A DNA stretch of 64,000 nt from Heptranchias perlo. Lineage: Eukaryota. The stretch spans positions 25,544,001 to 25,608,000 of the forward strand of contig NC_090347.1 in NCBI RefSeq assembly GCF_035084215.1, given 5' to 3'. Below, piece after piece: positions 41,828-54,730 of this stretch (position 1 is the stretch's first letter; the number at the start of each line of letters is the position of its first letter). A program made the translations under genes and the position numbers. The notes beneath the pieces are model-generated. The model was not told the origin of the DNA and did no database searches. It was given only the letters and a program-made list of their open reading frames with translations.

Positions 41828-42797
41828 AACATAGAAACATAGAAAATAGGAGTAGGAGTAGGCCATTCAGCCCTTCAAGCCTGCTCCACCATTCAATTTG
41901 ATCATGGCTGATCCTCTATCTCAATACCATTATCCCACTGTCTCCCCATACCCCTTGATGCCTTCTGTGTCTAGAAATCAATCTATCTCCTTCTTAAATA
42001 TATTCAGTGACTTGGCCTCCACAGCCTTCTGTGGTAGAGAATTCCACAGGTTCAACACCCTCTAAATGAAGAAATTTCTCCTCATCTCAGTCCTAAATAT
42101 CCTACTCCGTATTCTGAGACTGTGACCCCTCGTTCTGGACCCCCCAGCCAGGGCAAACAACCTCCCTGCATCCAGTCTGTCTAGCCCTGTCAGAATTTTA
42201 TACATTTCAATGAGATCCCCTCTCATTCTTCTAAACTCGAGTGAATACAGGCCTAGTCGATCCAATCTCTCCTCATATGACAGTCCTGCCATCCCAGGAA
42301 TCAGTCTGGTGAACCTTTGCTGCACTCCCTCTATAGCAAGTATATCCTTTCTTAGGTAAGGAGACCAAAACTGCACACAATAATCCAGGTGTAGTCTCAC
42401 CAAGACATTCTTGCTCCTGTACTCAAATCCTCTTGCAATGAAGGCCATCATACCATTTGCCTTCCTAACTGCTTGCTGCACCTGCATGTTTGCTTTCAGT
42501 GACTGGTGTACAAGGACACCCAGGTCTCTTTGTACATCAGCATTTCCCAATCTATCACCATTTAAATAATACTCTGCTTTTCTGTTTTTCCTTCCGAAGT
42601 GGATAACTTCACATTTATCCACATTATACTGCATCTGCCATGTATTTGCCCACTCACTCAACATGTCTAAATCACCTTGAAACCTCTTTGCATCCTCCTC
42701 ATAACTCACAATTCCACCTAGTTTTGTGTCGTTAGCAATCTTGGAAATATTACATTTGGTTCCCTCATCCAAATCATTGATATATATTATGAATAGC
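41828..42797 (-). mobile_element. CR1 LINE 3' fragment
   Basis: LLFIIYINDLDEGTKCNISKIANDTK...FRTEMRRNFF with a CR1 3' UTR. Confidence 0.9.
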
Positions 42798-42904
42798 AGA
42801 TACCTCAATCTGTCCATTGGGAAAGTAGTGTAGGTGTTCCCCCTGGCATAGAGAACCTCTTTGACCTCCCGGAGACAACGGTGCACAACAAACTACCAAA
42901 CCTT

Positions 42905-43920
42905 GGGGTGCCGCAAGGATCATTGCTTGGGCCTCAGCTATTTACAATCTATATTAATGACTTAGATGAAGGGACCAAGTGTAATGTATCCAAGTTTGCT
43001 GACGATACAAAGCTAGGTGGGAAAGTGAGCTGTGAGGGGGACACAAAGAGTCTGCAAAAGGATATAGATAGGTTAAGTGAGTGGGCAAGACGGTGGCAGA
43101 TGGAGTATAATATGGGGAAATGTGAGGTTATTCACTTTGGTAGGAAGAATAGAAAAATAGAAAATGTTTTAAATGGTGAGAAATTATTAAATGTTGGTGT
43201 TCAGAGAGATTTGGGTCCTCGTACAAGAAACACAAAATGTTAGCACGCAGGTACAGCAAGCAATAAGGAAAGCAAATGGCATGTTGGCCTTTATTGCAAG
43301 GGGGTTGGAGTACAAGAGTAAGGAAGCTTTACTACAATTTGTACAGGGCTTTGGTGAGACCCCACCTGGAGTAATGCGTACAGTTTTGGTCTCCTTACCT
43401 AAGGAAGGATATATTTGCCTTAGAGGCGATGCAACGAAGGTTCACTAGATTAATTCCTGGGATGAGAGGATTTTTCTATGAGGAGAGGTTGAGTAGAATG
43501 GGCCTATACTCTCTGGTGTTTAGAAGAATGAGAGGTGATCTCATTGATACATATAAGATTATGAGGGTGCTTGACAGGGTAGATGCTGAGAGACTGTTTC
43601 CCATGGCTGGAGAGTCTAGAATTAGGGGACATTGTGGCAGGATAAGGGGTTGGTCATTTAAGACTGAGATGAGGAGGAATTTCTTCACTCAGAGGGTTGT
43701 GAATCTTTGGAATTCTCTACCCCAGAGGGCTGTGGATGGTCAGTCGTTGAATATATTCAAGGCTGAGATAGATAGATTTTTGGACTCTAGCGGAATCTAG
43801 GGATATGGGGATCGGGCAGGAAAATGGAGTTGAAGTCGAAGATCAGCTACGATCTGATTGAATGGTGGAGCTGGCTAGAGAGGCCGTGTGGCCTACTCCT
43901 GCTCCTATTTCTTATGGTCT
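42905..43920 (+). mobile_element. CR1 LINE 3' fragment
   Basis: GVPQGSLLGP, SKFADDTKLG and NFFTQRVVNLWNSLPQ, with its own 3' UTR. Confidence 0.9.
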
Positions 43921-45559
43921 TCAACTAGGAGATGTCGCTGATCTCACCTGCTGCAGTCTTGAAGGAGCCTGTTGCATGAAGAAGTTAAGGGCCAGGGTGG
44001 CTTTGATAGCCACAGACAGTGCTGTCCATGTCCATCAAGTTGTGTCTGCTGCAGGTGACATAGCTCAGCGATAGCCTTCTTAGTGAAATGAAGACACCTC
44101 ACATTGCTTGTCAGTGAAGTTCAGGTAGGAGAAATGCTCCCTGAAGGCCGTGAGTTTGGCTTCCTGCACAATGTCCTCCTCCTCCCAGCTGCTCCTGTTC
44201 TCTCCTATCTTCTTCACTGCTCCCCATCATCGTCCAGCCCAAAAGGCAGGCCCACCCATGAATGCAATAAAACTGTTTTGAAAGCAGACAAAAGCAGTCC
44301 AGCAAATACATGTTAGCAGAAGTCAGCATTTAGTTGTAGGACGCAGAACAAAAATGCCTAGAAGTTAACCAGCAGCCTAATGGACAAATCAGCAACTAAC
44401 CTGTATGAGGGAATAAGCCCTTTACATAGTTTTGCTGCAGTGTCCTTGCTTCCTGTTAGCGCCATGATTTGCTGAGCGAGTCAGATGCTGGGGCAGCCCA
44501 ATTTCACAATAGGCCCTACAACAAATATATCAATTTATATCTTTTAACAAAAAAAATGATTTTTTTTTTGGTGTTGTTAACATCACAGGTTAAATTTAGT
44601 GGCATTAAGAAATGGCTCTTGAAACAGCTGCACATCTAAAAGATATTTTGATATTACAAATATTGTTCATCTTTGTGGGTGAGTGACTCATTATTCAGAA
44701 AACAATACAAGAGGTGAAGAACAAACAATACCAAATATTGAAAATATGGCAAAAAGGTCATATGCAGAAAGAAATCAGGTGTGCAAAAGTTTTTTGTGTC
44801 GCACAATTAACATCAGACACATTAAAAGCATCGACCTGGGGGTTTTCCTATCAGTCTTAGTGTCCAAAGGATTTAACAGTAAATCTGTGTGGAATTAATG
44901 ATTGCTCAGGATGAAGATTACTGGAATGAATATCCCTTTGAGTCAACAATTAATAAATGGGACTGTGAGGGAAGTTACAATTACTATCTGCCATCACAAG
45001 TTCCTTGAAACAATATGAAGAGCAATTAAAGTTGGGCATAGTATTACTGGAGCACTGTAAAATTAACAACCAGTTTGAAATCACATGCTGCACCAGGTGT
45101 GAGAAGGAGGAAAAGCAATTCTATTCAATGGACCTAACATGCCGTTTTTATTTGGAGTAAGACTCAGTTATTGTTCAGAAATTAGCTTAGATAGAATATA
45201 ATACTCACTTATTTATTGATTTTTTTAGGTTTTGAATTGGCTTCCACAATGATAGCAACCCTCTGGCATTGACAAGTATGTTGTAATGACTTTGCTCTAA
45301 TTGGAGATGCCTACAGTTTTTAGGCACAGTTTCTGAAAGAAACATTTTCAAAAGATGGAAAGTGCGTAAATATATCAGTCATTTCTGCCTTGGTGTTTGA
45401 TGACCTTAAAGCAATGGACCCAACGTTTATATTTCTGGTCCTCTTATGATAATCATTGCCGATTCAGGAACCTAACAGTCTACAATCTCTACAGACATCT
45501 ACACTAGTCCTCTTAATAACCAAGATTTATTTGAACATTACCTACCTGCTACAACAAAG

Positions 45560-46880
45560 ATAACAACAACTTGCATTTATATAGTGCCTTTAGCATCGTG
45601 AAACATCACAAGGCGCTTCACAGGAGCATTAGCAAACAAAATTTGATATTGAGTCACGTAAGGAGATATTAGGACAGCTGACAAAAAGCTTGTTTAAATA
45701 GAGAGGTTTTAAGGAGCGTCTTAAAGGAGGAGAGAGGTGGAGAGGTTTCGGGACTTGTTTCCAGAGCTTTGGGCCTAGGCAGCTGATGGCACAGCCGCCA
45801 ATGGTACAGCGATGAAAATCGTGAATGAGCAAGAGGCCACAATTGGAGAAGCACAGATATCTAAGAGGGTTGTTGGGCTGGAGGAGGTTACAGAGATAGG
45901 GAGGGGTGAGAATTTTAAAATTGAGGCATTGCTAGACCAGGAGCCAATGCAGGTCAACGAGCAAAGAGCTGATAGATGAACGGGACTTGGTGCACGTTAG
46001 GATACGGGCAGCTGAGTTTTGGATGAGCTGAAGTTTACGGAGGGTGCAAGTTGGGAGGCTGGCCTGAAGAGCATTGGAATAGTTGAATCTAGAGATAACA
46101 AAGGCATGGATGAGGTTTTCAGCAGCAGATTAGCTGAGGCAGGGGCAGAGACGGGCGATGTTACAGAGGTGGAAGTAGGCGGTCTTGGTGCTGGAGAGGA
46201 TATGGTGCCCGAAGCTCAGCTCAGGGTCGAAAAGGACGCCAAGGTTGTGAATGGTTCAGCCTCAGACAATGGCCAGGGAGAGGGATGGAATCGATGACTA
46301 GGGACCAGAGTTTGTGGCAGGGACTGAAAATAATGGCTTTTTTCTGCTCATCCAATACTGGATGTGGACAAGCAGCATGGCAAATCAGAGACAGTGGAGG
46401 GGTCGATAGAGGTAATGGTGTGGTAGAGCTGGGTGTCGTCAGCGTACATGTGAAACTTGATGTTGTGTATTCGGATGATGTCGCCAAGGGGCAGCATGTA
46501 GATGAGAAATAGGAGGGTGCCAAGGATACATCCTCGGGGGGGGGGGGCTCCAGAGGTAACGGAGCGGGAGCAGAAGAAAAGCCACTGCAGGTGATTCTCT
46601 GGCTGGATGGATAGGAATGGAACCAGGCGAAGGCAGCACCGCCCAGCTGGACAACAGAGGAGAGGTGTTGGAGGAGGATGGTGTGGTCAACCGTGTCAAA
46701 GGCTGCAGACAGGTCAAGAAGGATGAGGAGGGATAGTTTACCATGGTTACATTTACATCGGATGTTATTTGTGACTTTGATTAGGGCCATTTCAGTGCTG
46801 TGGCAGAGGCAGAAACCTGATTGGAGGGGTTCAAAATATAGAGTAGCGGCAAAGATGGGTACGGATTTGGGAGGCTACTA
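45560..46880 (-). mobile_element. L2-clade LINE 3' fragment
   Basis: LLILLDLSAAFDTVDH. The L2 tail reads (caa)n-cttgcatttatatagtgcc on plus. Confidence 0.85.
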
Positions 46881-48177
46881 AAGACAGTCCAGGAGTATTA
46901 ACCCTGACTCCACCTCAACCTCTCGCTTACCCCAGCTCTGACCTTCTATCACAATGTAGCTTCTCCTTCATCCCCTTGCCAAGCTCATCTCTTCATGAGG
47001 CCTAGCTCCTGCTTCTTCAATCCTCTCCACCCATCTCTTGATACTCAACTACCTTTCTTTCTCCCAGTGCTTGCTGATAATGGTAATGGCTGCATTTGTT
47101 CTGGCATCATTCCTCTCCCCTGTAGAACTTCCCCAATTATCCCTTCTTAAAAATCCTACCCTCAACCTCTTTGTCCTTTCCATCAACCACCACTCCTCCT
47201 CCTCCTCCTCCTCCTCTAACCATCCTTTCCTGTCTAATGTGTCATCACCTCCCAGCTCCTTGCTCACCTTTCCCATAACTCCCCTTCCAACACAACCATT
47301 TTGAAATCACTCCCTTCAGTCCAGTTTCTGCCCAGTTCTCAGCACTGGAACCACCTGGATAAAATCACCACAAATATTCTTGGTGACTGTACCCTCAGGT
47401 GTACTATTCCTCCTTAACCTCTTAATGGTCAATCACCACCGTGGTTCAACTCTGCAGGACTACATGATTCCACTCTTACCTGTCTCATCCCAGCCAATGT
47501 GTCTCCAGAAGTGGCTTCTCCTCCTGTTCCAATGGCCATTTCTGATGAACTCCAATGTTCTGTACTTGGTCCTTTTCTTTTCTTTATCTATATGTTCCCT
47601 TCAGTGACAAATTACAAATTGTGGGACTGCCCTCGATATTCTCTCAAGTTCAGCATCACTGGTCTCTCCTGTAAGCAGATCCTGCGTCTCTTACGATTAT
47701 CTTTACTGCCTAATTTATAGTCATGTGACAGCATGATTGGGAATGTAACAACATTGTTAAATGCTGTCATCTTGCTTATGCCCCCAAATGACAATATCTT
47801 GTTTTCTGAAACATGGATTGATTAACACTTTAAAGTGTTGAGGCTGATGAAAAATGTAAATGTTGAACTTTAACTTATTCTGTAATGGTTTCCAGAACAT
47901 ACAAAACAACAAAGTATGCCACATTGTTCCCATTAGCGGGTTAGAACACTCTTCACGTCAGTACCTTTTCTCTGTGACATGTTGGTCCTCACCTTCCAGA
48001 AGAGACCTTAGCCCCTTTTGAGTTGTCATTCTCTCACCAGCCCTAGCAGACAGACTCTCCGAAGGCTTTCTGTCCTTTTGAGTTCTGGACCACACAGGAA
48101 ACGAGTAGCCTGATCTCTGACCATCTTCCTGTCCATGGATTGGCCAGCTAAACTCACTACCACCGCCCCTGGAGCCT

Positions 48178-48233
48178 CCTGCTACCTGTCTCCTGCTACC
48201 TGTCTCCTGCTACCTGTCTCCTGCTACCTGTCT
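48178..48233 (+). repeat. 14-bp minisatellite (cctgctacctgtct)x4
   Basis: Four exact tandem copies plus a partial copy. Confidence 0.9.
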
Positions 48234-48271
48234 CTTGCTGTTTGCAAGTGAATAGAATATTCTAATTCCGA

Positions 48272-48444
48272 GGCGGTGAAATTGGTCTTCGGCGGTTGAA
48301 CAAAACGGGCGATAGCAAATTGACAGTCTGCTTTACACCCTGTCCGACTTCAATAAAAAATGGAATTTGGGATGGGCTGTAGAACAGGTTGTCAATGAGT
48401 TCTCACCTGTTTTGCACTATTGCTAAAGACCAATTTCACGCCCC
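48272..48444. mobile_element. Palindromic MITE
   Basis: Terminal inverted ggtgaaattggtctt / aagaccaatttcacg, with internal dyad symmetry. Confidence 0.6.
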
Positions 48445-48669
48445 TTAATATGCAAATATTTGCTGAGGTGTTTCTTAACAAACCTTCATTATGTGAAGCA
48501 ATCTGGATTGTCTACCTTTGATATATGTCCTCCCTCCTTGCTTTAGGTTGCTTTGTGGGATATTATTTCTTTGTGAGCCAAATCTGATTTCGTTATCACG
48601 TTTTAATGAAAATTATATCTAGTTCCTTTCATGTTAAATAGTCAGTAATCCTTAAAATATCACAGTGAC

Positions 48670-49570
48670 ACTATTCAGCACCCAGCCCTTCCTCTCTACC
48701 ACCTCCATCAACCCCACAACGACCTCTGTGTTGTCAGACTGTTTATCTGACATTAAATTCTGGATGAATCAGAATTCAGCCAAGTAAACACTGGGAAAAC
48801 CAAATTCATCTTATTTCTTTATTATAAAAACTCCAAAACCTTTCTACCAAATCCACTCTCTTCTCAGGTGCACACTCAGGCTGAATTAGTTGGTATGTAA
48901 CCTCAGTGACTTGTTTGACTCAGTCCTGAGTTTCAAACACCATATCCTATCAATCAGCAGCACAGCTTCCTTCTATCACTGCAAAATCATCCATCCCTGC
49001 TGCGACCTCACTCCCACCACTGCAAAACTCCTTATCCACACTTTCCATCTCGCCAAGATCCTAATTTCTGACCTCCTGAGCTTTGGCCTCTACAAACTCC
49101 AACTCATCCAAAACTCCACTGCTCATATCCTGTCATACACTAAGTCCCACCTGCATATTACCCCCATTCTTGCCATCCTCCATTGGCCTTCTGTCCCATC
49201 GAACACATTGAATTCAAAATTCTCATCCTTATGTACAAATTCCTCCATAGTCTCACCCCAACCCACTCATTCTGTGCCTTTCACTCCTCCAACTTGGTCC
49301 TTTTGTGATTCTGCTCTCACTCCATTCCACCTGAGGTGATAAGGCGTTCTGCCACTTTGGTCCTACTCTCTGGGACTCCCTCCTTAAACCTCTACACTTT
49401 GCTACCTCCCTCCCCACCTTTAAAAGCCTTCTTAAAACATATTTTTTCAACAACACTTTTTGTCACCACTAACTCTTCCACTATTGCGTGGTATGCATTT
49501 CTCCTAGTAAGCACCTTCTGACATTTTCTATGTTAAAATACTCTATATAAACATGAGTTGTTATTGTTGC
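48670..49570 (+). mobile_element. Degenerate L2 LINE 3' fragment
   Basis: KLQLIQNSTAHIL...HITPILAILHW. Tail tatataaacatgagttgttattgttg. Confidence 0.7.
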
Positions 49571-50155
49571 CGATAGAGAGTAATAGGAGTGCCTGGTAAT
49601 ATTTCAACTGGACGCCATGGTTGCAATTTATGATTCCACTTTGGTGACCAATAGATTGTATAGAAAATCAAAAGGCTGTGCACTTTGTCAGGATCTCACT
49701 TTGACCTTTTCACAATTACACTTGGCACGAGAAGTCACACCTCTGCCTTGAGCTGAGCAGTAAATACTTCTGCTCAAGGACCTTGAGATAAAACCTGGCT
49801 TTTTATTGGCTCCACTATATGTCAATGAGGGAAGTCACAACTCTGATCACTAAAAAGATTTTAATTGCTTCTTGGCAGCTTGCTTTCCTAGCAGAAAATA
49901 ATGAATCAGCAGCAACACTGGCAGAGACTTGAGCAGGCATTGGTCATGGGATTATGCATTTGTGTCGAAGAATTTGTAACGTAAAAAAGAAAATGAAAGT
50001 ATTTAAAAATTGAGAAAAAAATACAGCAGAATGGTTCAATGTAGGATGCAAAAGCCATCATTTTTGTGACCTCTTACACTTCAACCAACAAAGTAGAAAC
50101 AAAAAAGATTAGCCTGATTGTGTCAAATTAAGAAAAGTGATGATGTTGCTTTTAC

Positions 50156-50170
50156 CCACTAGATGGTGAC
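50156..50170 (+). promoter_or_regulatory. Candidate CTCF site
   Basis: CCACTAGATGGTGAC is close to the CTCF core CCACYAGRKGGCR. Motif match only. Confidence 0.4.
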
Positions 50171-53100
50171 AAAGAAGTAAAATGACAATTTTATGTAATC
50201 CAATCAACGTGTTTGGTTTTAATCAAGGGTAATATCACCAATGGTGAAGTTATTTCACATTTCTACAGAGACTAACATAACACCATTAGAACAGCCTCTT
50301 CAAAACCTCTCTGTTCTTTCCCTCAGTCACCACCCTTAACCTTTCTCACATCATTGATAGGTGTCCGGTTATTTTCAGTTCTGCGAAGCACTGCAGGATG
50401 TTTTGTGATGTTAAAGGCACTATAGAAGTGAAAGATGTTGTTGCAAATGCACTTGACAAGCAGCACAAGGCTTTAGATTTAGAATAATGTGATCACTGAA
50501 AGCAGTACTGATGCCAGCTGAAAAGGTCACGGTAATAGCGTATGATGGAAAAGGGAAACCACAATGGGTTCGGAGCCAAGCGACTGTGATCTACATTTCA
50601 GCATCAACGCTCGAACATCTTCTCCGCAGAAAGGACGGCCGCAAAACACTCAATATTGAATTTTTATTCGCTACTTTTGTTGTCTCTCAATATACAACAT
50701 GGCAAATAAGAGAATCCTAAAAAAAAACAAGGTTCTGTGTTTACACACATAATTAATTTTACCTACCTAGAGCTCAAAAGATTTTCCATGGTTGTAGCTA
50801 GAATTTTTGAAGAGCACACTCTTTATGTCTCACAATGCATGAAATCCATTTATTCTCAGACAATTTTCTATTATGTATAAAAATCAGAACATGAGAAAGA
50901 TGACGAAGTGGGTTGCATTTACACACCAAAATGTTAGCACTGCAGAGACTGGTGTGTAAACAATGAAGTTCAACCACCATCACAGGGAATTTGCAAGTAA
51001 AACCAGCAAGATGTTTTTAAACTTGAATTGTTGATTACAGCAATGTAAACACAACTTCCAAACCCATAGCAAATTCTAGATGGATTTGCTCTCAGTTTGC
51101 TGTGTGCAATGTAAATGCGTCAGTCCACTGATGTACCAGTTTGCTGAGCTGAAGACTGGTTGGACGCAAGTTTGCCCTTGCCATTTACAAGGTGGGTGCT
51201 GGGCCTTAGCTGAACCATTTAGGAGAGGCACTGATTGAATGAAGGACACTTTCCCATACAATGGGAGGAAAATCAGAGGAGAAGGAGGCAAGCCAGATCA
51301 CACTCACCCTCTTTCTGGTGACTGGTCCTGCACTGGCACAGATCCAGTATGAGATTGTATTCACTCTGTTTGTTGGAGAATGGTATGTGGCATTGTCAGC
51401 AGAGAAGGTGCTTTAAAAATGGAACATTTAAAAAAAAAACAACTTCACAATATTTGAGCATGATTATTTCTTCCAAATCTAACAGATTAGAATGAATGTA
51501 ATTTAAAACACAAGGAACATTAAAACATTAAACATATTGCATATGAGCATGTAAAGTACATAAAAATGTTCACATAAATGTACTGTTACTGACAGTAATA
51601 GCATATTCAAGACATTTTATACTAGATAAGACGAAACTACAATTCAAATTTTTAAAAAAACATCCTACTGAGGCATTATGATAAAACTAACCACCAAATG
51701 TCAGCTGTAACCTCACACTGAGATGTCACCACTGACGTCCACATTTCCTGAACTTGTTTTTCAATAGCACTGTGGTAAGATTCTTTGATTCATCACATCA
51801 AGTGGCTAAGTTTCCATCAAGGTATTCATGATATGGTTTCATAATTCAGTTAAACTCATCAGTTAATGAGAACATAAGGTTTTGTTGACAGGCTTGTAAA
51901 ACAAGCTAAACTGTGAGAAGGCTCTCGTGCACTCAGCTTGTATGCACTGCCATAGAGCTTTGTTCTTATATGGTGCTGCGGCTGAGATTTAGCCTCATTT
52001 GTTAAATTGAGAAACCTAGTCAAGTGTCAAGGACACTTGTGCAAGGAACCGCCAAGGTTGAAAAGATCCTTAGAAGCAGGATAAGGAGATATCAAGCTTA
52101 GGTTTTAAAAAGCCTTTAGGTTGCAGGAGGAAGGAGAGACGAAGGGAGTTAAGAAATTCCACAATATTGATATTGTGGGAAAAGAATAAGAGATGTTCCA
52201 ATGAATCTTGTTTCAACATGAGGGAGAGGGAAGGGAATGGAACGAGGATAAAGGGCTTGTAGGGCAGCATATCTGGAGATTAAGAGATCAAAGGAGAAAT
52301 AACATAACAGTAATAAAAGAGAGAAATTGGAGATAAGAACTCTCAGAGCTTTATTTAATATAAGTCATAATTGCAATAAACCTTTTACTGTTACTATGTT
52401 TGAAATAATTTTCATGGTTTAAACTTGCACACACATTTTCATTTTTAAATGAGAACTTTTCATTAAGCTGCATAACTTTACTTTATCAGAGTTTCCATTA
52501 CTTAAGTGTCATAGTCCTGGCACCCTTGAATTTAAACTCATATGATTCATATATGTGAACAAGATATAATCTGATAACCATGATGCAGATTTTCACAAAT
52601 TCATTTCAGAAAAATCTGTTAACACGGCAGACTCTTGGAAGATTTAATCCAACGACTGAAAAGGTTTTGGTGAGCCTGCTGATAAAATTTGTAGCAATGT
52701 CTACTTACTGGGAACATGAGCATTAATTTGGATGACGCATTGAGGTTTAGATTGCACAACTGTGAAATAACCACCATGGACAGAATACGTGCAACTAACA
52801 ACAGGCAGACCTAATCTGGACAATTTCATTTTTTTGCAAACATGTCAGAGAAGGTGAAGCAAGAAACAGATAAAAAATGAACAATTTCACTGTGTGGATG
52901 TGATACACAAACTCCAAAAAGGTGCCAAGTTTGATCAATATGGGCTGAATTAGCTGGGCTCAGCAACATCAGTAATGCTGACCCTACAGCTGGCCTCGGA
53001 AGAACAATATATCTGTAAATCCTGCTCCCAATGCAATGTAGCAACCCCCTGCTGGAGTGCATGCAGGTCCGGATGTCAGATCAGGAGATGGTCCTCAGCT

Positions 53101-53489
53101 GCACTGCCTCCACAAAAGGAAGATTTCCTCCGTGGTCCCTGTGTAACAAAATGGGCTACACAGGTGAAATCTTCCCAATACCACACAGTCAAACAGCCTG
53201 CTGACAGTTTAGGTTCACACATGAAGCGTCAGTGAGATAAAGTATGACAAGAGTGGCTGGAGTCCATGAAACCATGTCCTACGAAAAGCTACCATCATCA
53301 GGATAGGAGGGAAGGAAAGGGGAGAAAACTGGCATTTTATGTTTAAAGTTGCTGGATCTGGCACAGTATGGCTCATGAAAGTCTCAGTATAAACCATTTA
53401 TGATGTGAAGATGCCGGTGTTGAACTGGGGTGTACAAATGTAAGGAATCTTACAACACCAGGTTATAGTCCAACAGTTTTATTTGAAAA

Positions 53490-53526
53490 TCACAAGCTTT
53501 CGGAGGCTTTCTCCTTCGTCAGGTGA
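53490..53526 (-). ncRNA. Minimal hammerhead ribozyme (mirror copy, on the CD7-like gene strand)
   Basis: Exact reverse complement of 53839-53875, within the left arm. Confidence 0.75.
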
Positions 53527-53838
53527 GTGTCGAGACTCATTGAAAATTACCGCATATATAGTCATAGAACAATGCCTGGTGATTACAGACAATCTTTCCA
53601 ACTGCCCGTTATCAAGGCCATCAAATTAATTGAATAGTGTTCAGACAGAGAAACCTTAGATACCCCAGACAAACGGCCGTTTGTATATTCAGTTGTCTGG
53701 GGTATCTAAGGTTTCTCTGTCTGAACACTATTCAATTAATTTGATGGCCTTGATAACGGGCAGTTGGAAAGATTGTCTGTAATCACCAGGCATTGTTCTA
53801 TGACTATATATGCGGTAATTTTCAATGAGTCTCGACAC

Positions 53839-53875
53839 TCACCTGACGAAGGAGAAAGCCTCCGAAAGCTTGTGA
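53839..53875 (+). ncRNA. Minimal (PLE-type) hammerhead ribozyme
   Basis: TCAC-CTGACGA-A-GGAG-aaagc-CTCC-GAAA-GCTT-GTGA. Helix I is TCAC/GTGA, the core is CUGANGA and GAAA, helix II is GGAG/CTCC, and a palindromic AAGCTT replaces helix III. Confidence 0.75.
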
Positions 53876-54444
53876 TTTTCAAATAAAACTGTTGGACTAT
53901 AACCTGGTGTTGTAAGATTCCTTACATTTATAAACCATTTAGATATTTGTACTATAAACTGAGTTAGGTTTCTCGGCACACTGACCAAGAAGCTAATACC
54001 AGGGAACAAGCTGTCGAGCATCTCAGATAGGTTTTTCAGGTATATGAATCGTGTATATTACTGATACATTAGTGTAGCACATTTGTGTGGAGCTTTACCT
54101 CCACTGTTCTTCATGAGGTTGATTAAAGATCATTGTTCTATTAAAGGGAGACACTGATTATAGATTAGATGCTCCTCACAGGCAAGAAAGAAGTCCACCT
54201 GTATCACATTATTACTACAAATGTGGCAATGATAGATGTCTGGCAGCAGGGGATTGTGGGTTTCCTCACTTTCCTGTCAAACAGCACATGGACACTTAAG
54301 GGCAGTGAGGGCAGGGAAGAGGAGAGAGGAAGGGATTTTTTTTAAAAGTGAGATGACATTTGTTCCCCATACAAATGGTGTACTGTTCCTTCCAAAGCAG
54401 GCACTCTACTTATTCCATAAATATAAAACAAAATAATGTTTTTA

Positions 54445-54557
54445 CTGCAGCAGTTCAAGAAGGCGGCTCACCACCACCTTCTCAAGGGCAATTAGGGATG
54501 GGCAATAAATGCCGGCCTCGCCAGCGACGCCCACATCCCATGAACGAATAAAAAAAA
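54445..54557 (+). mobile_element. Short LINE/SINE 3' tail
   Basis: ctgcagcagttcaagaaggcggctcaccaccacc...gacgcccacatcccatgaacgaataaaaaaaa. Confidence 0.65.
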
Positions 54558-54730
54558 CTCTTACATTGCAAAAAGAGCTGTGAAAGCACTACAAGTTGGA
54601 AAGAGTTAAGAATTTTATGATTCCATGGAAACATTTAACCTTTAACAGCAAAAGTGAATCAAAAGCACAAAGCTGCCCGTGCTCCAGGTTAATGAGGTAT
54701 CTGGTCAAATTGAAGCCATTCCTCTGAAAA

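Larger units (their letters stand above)
41356..44510. mobile_element. Degenerate Harbinger relic hosting two CR1 insertions
   Basis: Myb exon-1 remnant at ~41600-41790. Transposase fragments on minus at 42800-42900 (HRCLREVKEVLYARGNTYTTFPMD) and 43930-44250 (ALSVAIKATLALNFF). Boundaries approximate. Confidence 0.65.
53401..53929. mobile_element. Penelope-like element 3' end as a fold-back inverted duplication
   Basis: Perfect inverted arms 53436-53672 and 53693-53929 (237 bp each) with a 20-bp spacer. TSD (t)ataaaccattta at 53388-53400 and 53929-53941. Sequence matches the 3' region of the GIY-YIG-coding element at 35092-35868. Confidence 0.9.

Noticed and set aside
41828-43920. Twin-priming inversion of a single LINE
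   Set aside because: Each half has its own, different 3' UTR, and the spacer is Harbinger-derived host sequence.
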